Both the position numbers and the translations under genes were made by a program. From the sequence record KU726251.1: a DNA stretch of 64,000 bases; one strand, given 5' to 3'. Below the pieces are notes generated by a model. It searched no databases. It was not told where the DNA came from and worked only from the letters and a program-made list of their open reading frames with translations. Below, in pieces: positions 18,585 through 28,500 of the stretch. The number at the start of each line of letters is the position of its first letter. Within the stretch, counting starts at the first letter, position 1.

Positions 18585-18976
18585 TTAGCGACCTGAACAG
18601 CCGCCGGAGCAGGCCCCGGAACAACTGGAAGAACATGAGCCACCGCAACCACCTGTGCAGTTACCGGTACAGCTACTACTGCAACCACCAGAACAACCAG
18701 AGCAACCAGAACAGTTACCGCCACACGTCGAAGAACAGCTACCGATACAAGAAGCAGAACAGCTTCCTGAACAGCTCGAACAGCCATGCGAGCAACCGTT
18801 AGAGCACGTCCAAGAACATGTCCCGCCGCAATCTAGCTGTGTTTTCGTCCAACCCCCAAATCGGTCTGCCGCGTTATGGCTTTAGAGGCCACTTGCGCGT
18901 CGATACGGGGGCCCGTCGCCATGTTAGCTTCGACTATCTGGACGCGGTTTCTGACGTCTTTAATAGATATCGCCAT
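18585..18976 (-). CDS. Cys-Xaa3-repeat peptide 1 (21 Cys), split by a 1-nt frameshift near 18876; not in the ORF track
   Basis: Hand translation: MAISIKDVRNRVQIVEANMATGPRIDAQVASKA / (H)NAADRFGGWTKTQLDCGGTCSWTCSNGCSHGCSSCSGSCSASCIGSCSSTCGGNCSGCSGCSGGCSSSCTGNCTGGCGGSCSSSCSGACSGGCSGR*. RBS aagga. Confidence 0.85.
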
Positions 18977-18998
18977 TACGCTTCCTTAAAAAGTAGAA

Positions 18999-19033
18999 CG
19001 AGCGGACTATGTCCATAAACATAGTCCGGCTCG
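18999..19033 (-). promoter_or_regulatory. Intergenic RNA hairpin (attenuator, processing or stability element)
   Basis: On the - strand gagc-c-ggactatgt-ttatgg-acatagtcc-gctc followed by gttctacttttt, just upstream of the peptide 1 RBS. Confidence 0.55.
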
Positions 19034-19041
19034 TAAACAAG

Positions 19042-20244
19042 TTACTTAGTACCCGCTTCAGCTTGAACATCGTCGCGCGAGGTGAGGTTGTTGTTAACGT
19101 GAACAGCAGCCTGCACAACACCGCCATACTGTTTATGGAGGTAATTCGGGTGTGGGTTATCCGCAGCCGCATGGTTCGCCAGATTCTGGTTTGCCTGCGA
19201 AATTGCGTTGGTGTTGTTTACAACCTGAGTTTTAAGACTGTTGATTTGTCCTTGCAGGTTATCAATTTGCTGTTGGAAGTCTTTGCCCTGATTCTCAAGA
19301 TCCGTGACACGCTGATTTGTTTCATTCAGCGCAGACTGAAGATCGTTAACCTTCTTCTGTAATTGCAACACCAGAGAATTAAGGTTAGCTAATGCTAACG
19401 ACATTTTCTGGTAATTTTGAGCAACTACATTAAGCTGGTCGTTCCACGCGGCTAACGAAGCCACAATTGCATCGATGCGTTGTCCCAACGCCGTGTCTGC
19501 TGCTCTTAAGTCGCCGATATCTCTGATAGTGGCGTCAATGGCAGTCTGTACACTTTGAATCAAAGCACGAATCTCCGTCTCCGTCAGGCCATTAACCTGA
19601 TGAATGTCGAGATTGTGTACGTTACCTTCGGCGTTGATGTGGGTATTTAAGGCATCGAGGAAGTCGTTTTTCAGACCGTCCAGAATACCTTTAATTTCTT
19701 CCAGCTGTACTGCAGAGCCGGAGTTAATCGCATCTTTAATCCCCGCGAGCACGGTAATGATATACTCAAAACCGTAGATATCGCCAAGGTCTTTATACGT
19801 CGGTGCGGACGGGAACGTATCGGGCACGTTTCGAAGATCCTTGAAGTCCACCACACGGTCTTCAATTTTCAACGACGCAATCGCTTGTCGGATGCCTTCG
19901 ACGTTCGCGGACTGAAAACCACCAACGACTTGCGCAGAGACTTCGATATCAGTAGGAATGGCCGAGTTAGTTACCACCACACCCATGACCACTTCGCGGT
20001 TCTTGGTCATTTTCTGATATGCAGTATGTGCAAAAATCAGCTCGTAGTCTGTACCGCGTTTGTACGGGTAGACACCTGGTTTATTCGCAGCCGCCAAGCG
20101 GAAGGTATCCGCGTAGAAAGCTCCGTCAGGAAATGCAAAAGCCCGGTTAACTTTACCAGAACCTAACGTAATACGCCGCGTAACGGCGTTCGACGTTAAT
20201 GTCCCGGTAAGGTCAAGCGGGTACTGATAAATGATTTCGGCCAT
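19042..20244 (-). CDS. Baseplate/fibre-family virion protein with long coiled coil (400 aa)
   Basis: YPLDLTG...N.V N-terminal domain shared with the three upstream giants. HINAEGNVH and DNPHP motifs. Heptad-rich segment. ATG 20244 after ggag. Confidence 0.75.
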   Translation of the reverse strand: MAEIIYQYPLDLTGTLTSNAVTRRITLGSGKVNRAFAFPDGAFYADTFRLAAANKPGVYPYKRGTDYELIFAHTAYQKMTKNREVVMGVVVTNSAIPTDIEVSAQVVGGFQSANVEGIRQAIASLKIEDRVVDFKDLRNVPDTFPSAPTYKDLGDIYGFEYIITVLAGIKDAINSGSAVQLEEIKGILDGLKNDFLDALNTHINAEGNVHNLDIHQVNGLTETEIRALIQSVQTAIDATIRDIGDLRAADTALGQRIDAIVASLAAWNDQLNVVAQNYQKMSLALANLNSLVLQLQKKVNDLQSALNETNQRVTDLENQGKDFQQQIDNLQGQINSLKTQVVNNTNAISQANQNLANHAAADNPHPNYLHKQYGGVVQAAVHVNNNLTSRDDVQAEAGTK

Positions 20245-20291
20245 TGCCAAACTCCTTTGATTGGGGCTTCCTTGCCCCATAGCGCCATCTG

Positions 20292-23200
20292 TTAGGTACG
20301 GAACATAAGATTGACCTGGATAACATCAGGCTGTTGACGTCCTCTCTCGTTCACCCAATCATGCGCAATCGTTAACGTAAGATTATCGCCATCCCACGAC
20401 ATGATCGGCGGTGGGAATAAACCCTGAGCACCTGTGGTAACAACCGGGATTGCACCTGCCACATTCGTAAACGTATAGCTACGACTGTTCAGAACAACCG
20501 GTGTGCCGTGGGTCTCTCCCGGATGTGGTAAGATTTGAATCTTACTATCCGAGAGATCGGTGGTGATTGGTAGCCCCCCAGCGTCCGTGAAAAGCCAAGA
20601 GCAAATATGCTGGTTAGCAGTTTCGAGCGCTGAAGAACTTACCGCCGCGACAAATGTAAAGGTGCACGGCACGCCTGCTGGCAGAGAGTGCTGTTTGTGG
20701 TGCACGGTGTGTGGTGACGGCAATAACACTTCTGGATTTTCATCAATGTTAACATCCGTACCTTCCGCTTCGACGTTGTAGAAAAAGCCATCCACCGCCT
20801 CCCATGGGGCAACGTGGACATTAAAGGTCGTTTCTACTCCCGGTGTACCTGGGACGACGAATTTACTTTGCACCACCACCATCAGGTTTGTTGAGGTCGG
20901 AGCGAAAGCGGGCGTTGGAATACCTACCCACTCCATACCCAATGATGTCGCTTCACTGTTCTCATCGGCCGTTACCGTCGCAATTGTTGTAGGATGTTTC
21001 CAAAACGCCCCCGACTTGTTTGCCTGAGTAAACGCCGGCAAAGTTTTCAAGCCTTCGAAACGTTTAGACACCATCGCTTTACCGCGACGCTGTGCGTCAG
21101 ATACAGTATAAAGCAACTGACTATCCAGATAGCCTTTCGTAGCATCGACTGACAAAGGACCCATCGCTTCTTTACGCAATGGTGCCAGTCTGCCCGTTGC
21201 TGCATCCCTTCCCACTTCCACATCATGCTTATTCTCAACTGCCGCATGTTCCAACAGCTGTTTTACCGCCCCCAATCGCTTAGCATGGTCGACGTTAGTC
21301 TCGACGACTCGCGACGAGCCCGTTTTAACATACCCGATGTAGAGTTCCGTTTCGGTGTCTGGATGTTGAACCACGTCCATTACGTACTTCGGTGTACCAT
21401 TTTCTACCTTGGCGTGCAGGTAAAATGTCCGGTTCTGATGGTTTGTTGGAAATGCTTCGCTGAGGTCAATATACCACGTAGGCAGCTTATAAGTGTTCGA
21501 GCCGAAACGCAGGTTAACTTCCTCAGTCACATATACCAGCCAACCTTCGGCTGTTTCCACACCAGCAATGACGACCGATTCAGTCGGGCCGCTAAAATTA
21601 GGAGTCGCGACAAAATCTCTCGACGACATTGCGATACCACCACAATAGACGTAGTCGAGAGATGAGTTGTGTAGCATCACCTGATCACGATGAGCCAGAT
21701 AAGCTGGGCTGACTGGAGTGTGTGATGGTGCCATGCGTCCAATGCCGCGCGGGGCAGAAGAACGCGTCCAGGTACCATTAGACAGCGTAAGACCGACACC
21801 GTAGTTAAGCGCACCCAAGTCGCCAATTTGGCGCAAGGTTAACGTGTGTGGAAGATACAACCCGAACTGCGTACCATCTACCGACACCATGGTAGGTTGT
21901 CCCGGCCGGCGTGTTTTTCCTCCCGTTATCTCTCCCAACGTAGCATAGTTCAAGCCGTAGTCGAGGTTGTTATAGAAGTCAAACAGTGCCAATATCGCTG
22001 CGGGGAATGTTACCTGCCCGTTGCTGATTGTTGGTTTCAGTGTAAAGTAGTAGATATCTAACAAGTTAACATTGTTCACAGTACGTGTACATGCTACTTG
22101 TGCTAATGTGAGCGGTGTGGCCGTTCCGATGCCGATGAACCAAACGGAAAACAATGCCTTTCCTGCGTTATTTGCAGCAAGGATAAATTCCGAAGCATAA
22201 CCATTCGCAGCGCCTGCCGGTGCTCCGTCGATGATCATCTGCTTCATCTTATCCCATTCAGCTTGTGACAGCGTCAATCGATCGGCATGAATCGTGAAAG
22301 TGCCGGAAACGTTGTGGTAAGGGAATGTTTCTGGTCCTGTGCAATACCAGCCGTTTAACTCTGTACCAGGCGACGCCGGTGTAACAATGTGGCACATCTG
22401 CGACAGATTCTCATACGTGATAGAATCTACTACACGACGATTGTTAGTTGGGCCATACCCCGCCTTACCTGAGTAAGTGGTGTTCGGATCAAACTCAACT
22501 TCAATTGCCAAGCGGGAACGCGGCTGTGACAACCAGATAAGTCTGGAATTCGCTCCCAGAGTCAGCGGATACGCCATACCCAGCTCGTAGATAGAACCAC
22601 GTCCTTGGTTTAACATTACCGCACTAAAACTTCTGGCAGTGAAGTTGTAGTCGCACGACAGGTACTCGTACCAACTCACACCGTCATCTAACGTTGTAAT
22701 CGTGACATAAGGCATTAGGTCGCGATCGCCTGCATGTCCTTGCGAAACGATATACTTGTCTTGCGATGTTGCAAAGGTTCGGTTATTAGCTTGACCTTCG
22801 CCCCACTTCCGGCTCGGAATCCCAATCTCAGCGCCGCCGTTATAACGAACCGTGGTAAGATCGGCCACGATAGGGAATCGATCGGCACCTTCCAGCGTTA
22901 CCGTCATTGAACTGCAATCAACAACAAAGCTTGACACCCATTGTTTAAAGTTAATAGTTTGCCCTGTAGTAGAAGCAAACCAGACTGTTGGCGTTAAACC
23001 AACACGAAAGTTCAGCCCATCCACAGCAATCGCGTGATTACATTCCGGACCATGGACGAAATTTCGCGCACTATTCCACTTCGCCGATGCGTCTGCGTAG
23101 ATTTGTGTTACTGGCGCTACCAACACATCTGTATCAGAACGTTTCTGACCCTGACGCAAGTAGATATTATCTCCCGACGTTAACATCCCACCTGTTAACA

Positions 23201-25474
23201 CATCCGCCACAAACGTGTTGCTACCACCCAGATTAAGTTCGTTGAGTGCGATGCTACGCATACTCACGAAATAGTCACCGGAGGTAAGGACAGTACGGAG
23301 CAGATAAACCCGATCGTTGCAAACGATCAAATCGTTTGTTGACGGATCGGCAACCCATGGTGCGGTTGTAATCACACCGGCCGCGTTACCATTTCGGTAA
23401 TCGCCCAAGTAAACTTTAACAACACGATGATGTTTTGCATGGTCAATGGTGCCGTCAAAGATGACCAGATAATACGCATAGTCACTGCCTAAGCAGATCA
23501 TTGCATCTGTACCGGTAATCAGAATAGCAACCAGATTCACCCCAGGATACGCCGACATTCCAGCGGGGTGATAACGTACGGACGTCTGCTGCATATTTTC
23601 CAGCGTATTGCTTGGCGACACATCAGCATAGGCGTAATAGATAGCCAGTCACCTGGCGGGTTCCCGTTGGAACCATTGCGCAACGAGTAAACCTTACCAG
23701 CCTCGTAACGCGCCAGTCCTTTTTGCCAGGTTTGGTTTTTGGTGTACCCTTCGTAGTTCCCCTGGACAGGTATAGGCAAGAAGTTATTGTTGCCGTACGA
23801 TGATCCGCCAACGGTCCATGCTGGCAACAACGTAGCAATCTTGTCGTTCAGTGTACCGATCTTCTGTTCGAGCAAGAAACCCTGGCGGGCAGTAACCATC
23901 TTATCTGTTGTGGTGTCAATAGCATCCCACAATTTAGCCAAACCTGTAACAGACGTGGATGCGTACGGTACGTTATCGAGATCAGCAATGGTGTGGGTGT
24001 GTGTTGAGAGTGCCTTGCCTGATAGCACGGTGCGCAACGCATTAGTAACCGGTTTCTCCAGCGGTCCGGTATTGTTCATCTTCTCAATACCGAAATCCGA
24101 CGCGGTTAATGTTAAATGCATTTGACCGTTTTCGTCTAACACAAACCCTTTACCATTGACCGTATACGTGTCGTCCACATATCCGTCTAGTTTGTTCTTC
24201 AAGTCAGTAACAGCTTTTTGGGAAATCGCTGTGGACGCTGCAGCGGACGCCGAAAGGTTAGTAATCGCAAACAAACCCTGCACAGTTGTGGTTGCTGCAG
24301 GCAGTTCCGCATTCATGTAAACTTTGTTTGTTTCTTTACCAGAGCCGTAAATCTTCAACGTGTCGCTGGACTTGAAGTAGGCGTTTGCTGGAAGTATCTT
24401 CACCGAGGTCAAGTACATCTTAACCATATCCGGTGTAACGAGATAGACGCTGTTATACACAGGCGCAAGCACACCTGCATCATAAGCGCCCCACTTGTCA
24501 CCTGCTTTACCCGAGTGAACCCAAAGCGTGTTCAGACCAGCACTGAACTCCGTAGCGATACCCGGTTCGTTGTTATCCTGGTCAGCTTTTAATACCAGCG
24601 GTTTTGTCGAGGTGATGATGAACTTCTCACCCTTCATGCTGATAACGTGACCAGACGTTGTTTGGAACGTAATCGCGTCGTTATTCAGAACACGCATACG
24701 GCCCAGTAAATCACCCAGGGTATTATCCAGAAGCATGTCAACGTGTTTCTGTTGGATGCCGCTGGTAGACATTAACGTCACTAGCTCTGCCAGGGTACGT
24801 CCGAATGCCTTAGTCGCATCTACGGCTTTGCCGAGTACCGGGAGAGCGCCAATGTCACCGCAGGTGTAACCATGTGCATTTTTAATCAGGTGGTGTTGAT
24901 ACATTTCGTCATCAAACACCTGCTTACCGTTCTGATAAATCAAATCGGTAACTTCGGCAAAAGCCTCATCCAGCTCGTGGGCGCGCTCTAAAATACCCAG
25001 ACGGATATCTTCCAACGCCTTTACGATTTCATCGCGAAGAATCGCTTCTTCGAGGTCTTTTGGCGGGTCGATTGGCGAGATAATCGGCGGATATTTCATC
25101 AGCTCAGACCAATCGCAGTTACGCGGGTCTTTCATATCTGTCTTAACCAGATACTTGCCGATTTCAGAAGCAGGGATGCGATACTGTCGACCAACCGACA
25201 GTAACTCGTATTCTACCTCTGTGGCGTTCAGCAGCATTATGCTGCCGTATATTGCATCGTTCTCAGCCTCGGCTAATTCCTGGAAGTAATGTCCTAAGAA
25301 ATAATCAAGACCTTCTATTAACTTGCGTTTAGTTCCGGTTGTTTTATCGGTAACGGTTAACGTTAACCCGATGCGATAGAACGGTGCTTCGACGGGAATG
25401 ACCGCCGAATAACGGTTCGGGTAAGTAGCGGTACTGAGCGTACCGTTAAACTGCGCCGCATCTTCTCTCGGCAT
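20292..25474 (-). CDS. Long tail fibre/baseplate protein (~1730 aa), split by a 1-nt frameshift at ~23645
   Basis: ORFs 23537..25519 and 20292..23621 join as GDW-AIYYAYADVSPSN if one G is restored. Fibre repeats (ATTTVQG, HTHTIADL, ASTSVTGLAKL). ATG 25474 after aggag. Confidence 0.75.
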
Positions 25475-25504
25475 TGCAAACACTCCTAATCTGTAATAAA
25501 ACGG

Positions 25505-25568
25505 AGACCGCCCTCCCAATAACGGAAGGGCGGTTTACCTACGGACTACCCGCCCGTAGGCAGTCCGT
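25505..25568 (-). promoter_or_regulatory. Two tandem intergenic hairpins within the operon
   Basis: On the - strand acggactgcc-...-gggtagtccgt and accgcccttcc-gttatt-gggagggcggt, with G-U pairs favouring the - strand RNA. Confidence 0.55.
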
Positions 25569-25569
25569 C

Positions 25570-28500
25570 CTAAGAGGCCCACTCACCCGAGTTGTTGCCT
25601 TCGTTTCTACGTTCAGTATCCAACGTTTGTAAAATCCAATCCCATGTCCTGGTGGGGATGTGGAATGGATTACGCTTCTCAATGAGGAGCGTCTCGCCAC
25701 CTGTGCGAAGTTCCACCGGTGTCGTTTCAGTAATCACGAACAACGGATTACCACTACTGCCCACACCATTAATAGTGAACTTCGCTTGCAGCGGCGGCAC
25801 AGAACCTTCCGGAGGCACGAACACGATGTGAATTGGCTGCATCGGTTTCGTGCGGGCAAGAGTCCCAGATATCTGAACAGCTGTTGTCGATGCACTGAAA
25901 GGTATAATATTACCCGGAATTTTCTCACTACCCACGATGATATATCCAGGGTAGTTAGAGAGCATTGTCCCATTTACCGACACAAAACGCTCATTTTGAG
26001 TTGGGCGATAAGCCCGCATAAAGCCGTACTTCCATTCACCACCGTTAGACGTATAGTCTGCAGGAGCCGACTCAAGTAGCGGAGCACCACGTTTCTGCAG
26101 TCCTTTGTAAAACGGTGCGGGGAGTTTACCGTTCGGTGCAAGTTCCGGATAACCCTCACCTGCAGCAGACAACGTGATGTATTCCGTAACCGGGTTATCG
26201 ACGTTATCTCCAAAGTTCGCGAACGTGACGGTTGATATCGACATCTCCTCATGCCCAGAAGACTGGCTGTCTGGAGAACGCTCGATATACGACTCAAATA
26301 GTGAGCGTAGATAATGGAAACGATTTAAATCTACTTCTGTTGTGGAAGGGTCCATCAAACCGTGGTTGATTGTGACACCTTCACCAGTTTCGAGGCCAGT
26401 AACACTAATCGATAAAGCGCCACCTTTAAAATAATCAATCGCGTCAAACGGAATGTCGTATTCTATCTCACGAACAGTTGCCGAAGCCTGGCCACCTATC
26501 TTACTAATCGTCGATATTCGCAGTATCTGCGTATCAACAATATAGCGATAACGAATAAGCCAGCGTGAACCAATGGCTGCGAACTCGCTAGCGATTGAAA
26601 CCGGGAGATAGTCTAAACAGTCAGGCGACTGAACTTCCACGCTCTTGATTACACGAGGAGCATCAACCAGCGTATTAGTAACGCTGGATTGTGTGCTGGC
26701 AATTCTTCCGGTTGGTTTATCGTACGGCGCAGCAATAAAGCCACAGTTTAAACTGGTCTTGGAATTACTCCACCGCAGAACTCTGGTTTTACCTTTCCCA
26801 TCAGCAGAAGGGGTCATGAAGTTTAATGAAACTTCGACGTCCGAGGTTTTTGGGACTTCAGGATAATCAGTGTCGATTACCACCGAACCCTCGAATGTCG
26901 CCATTCCATTTTCTTTCGGGTTGCTTGGTGTAAACCAGCAATACGGGGACGCGTTTTCAGTGGAAACAACCGCCGCAAGAAGAATCCTGAGCGAGGTGGC
27001 ACTTACGAATTTATAATCAAATAACCCACGATCTAAACGAACGAGGTTATCCCCAGAAACTGACGGGTTAGTTGGATACGCGTACAGCCATTGTTTAGGT
27101 AACGGATCAACCTTATTCAACGGCAGCATTTTGGGGTTATCCGTCAACGACCAGTCGGTGTTACTCACCCCGTGTGCTAGACGTGTTTCGAAGTGCCGTT
27201 TAAGTTCGGACGCCATGCCAAAATCAAACGTCGTTTCAAACTCGTAAGTCGTGCCTGCAACCAATCCCGCGTCAGGGACATCGATGTGTCCGATATAGCC
27301 GCGTTCCAAGTTAATACCTTCCGTGTCCACAATAGGTTCGGCGCGCGAATATAACGCATCGGTTATCATGTTCACATAGAGGTAATGCCTTAAACCGTTC
27401 GGCGTCTTAACAAACTCCTGCAGGCGGGCAACTTTGGTGTTTTTATCCGAGGCCCCAACCGCAAAGTCGCCGTCGTAAATTGTGAAACGAATTGCGGCTG
27501 CTTTAGCGCTATCGTTACACTCGGCACGGAATGCTAAGCAGTGTTGCTTCCACCCCTCCTTGACAGTCGCCTCCAGATACCCCGCTTCTGTAATACCCGC
27601 ACCGATAATTTCACCGTCCAGATAAACAGAAACAGCACCACCGCCACGAACCCAAATCCGCAGCTTACCAGAGTCGCAACGAACCCACGTTTTCGCCAAG
27701 AGGTTAACGACCGACAAATCACCCATTCCGGTTGTCGTTAAACCAATCTGCGCACCGTAGTCTGTCTCCGGGACGGCAACCTCAAACCCACTAAAATCAA
27801 TACCGGCACCGGTATTAATTACCGCGTTCTGCCACGTTGTCTCCATACGGTTATCTGGAGAGAACCACTGGAACATCGGTGTGGTTTGCAGGTCTATCGA
27901 ACCCGACACCGTCCCCTCTTTACGTGCGCCATTTAACAGATAGAAATAATTCAAATCCGTTACGGCGAGGGTGGTACGTGTAGATCCCACAGTCCAAGTC
28001 TTGCCGCGCACAGCGGCAAAATCGGTCACGGAGTCCTCTTTCGCGTTTGCTAGCGCAGCTGCAACTACGTCTAAACGTTTTGACAAATCGTTCAGAACGT
28101 TTGGGGTAACGCCGCGATTATCCGACAAGCCGTTTAGGTTGGTAGAATATCGAGCGATACCGGGCACTGTTTGAGAAGCCGTTGGGATCTGTAAATCGGC
28201 GAAGTTGTGATGGTGGCCTTTATCACTAAGACCAGTAACTGCTTCTGCCAACGAATCGGAAAGTGGTTTATCGACGTCAGCTGTGTTATCAGCCAAGTCC
28301 AGACCCAAATCCTTTTTCGTTAGCGTTCGGCTACCAGTGTCCATCGGCTGGTTATTCAGCAGTGTTGTCTTCCTGACGTACGAAGACAGATCACCCTCGT
28401 ACGGTAAGAGCGAAGCTGGGGTGGCTGCTTGTCCTTTGACTACATCGCTCGGCTTATCAGTTAGCGTCACAACGCCGGGTTCAGAGGTCGTCGCGGGTTT

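Noticed and set aside
18170-18830. CRISPR array or DNA tandem repeat
   Set aside because: The periodicity is 12 nt at the protein level with synonymous variation. There are no identical repeats with unique spacers and no cas genes.
18833-18835. TAG readthrough or amber recoding to explain precursor 1
   Set aside because: The Cys repeats are in a different frame from the TAG, so readthrough would not reach them. Other genes here end normally in TAG (for example 25570 and 12381).
18655-18885. Plus-strand Q/E/P-repeat ORF, and V/A/L-rich minus ORFs 18151..18501 and 18575..18787
   Set aside because: These are antisense and alternate-frame shadows of the TGY-TCN-GGN codon repeats of the Cys peptides. 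They have no RBS and no independent support.
18870-18890. Programmed -1 ribosomal frameshift in precursor 1 or in the 23645 fibre gene
   Set aside because: There is no X-XXY-YYZ slippery heptamer at either site, and the same 1-nt defect recurs across unrelated genes.
17948-18976. Simple metallothionein interpretation
   Set aside because: Metal binding is not excluded. However, strict CxxxC spacing in Ser/Gly, conserved 50-aa leaders and adjacent rSAM/SPASM genes fit modification substrates better than CxC/CC-type metallothioneins.
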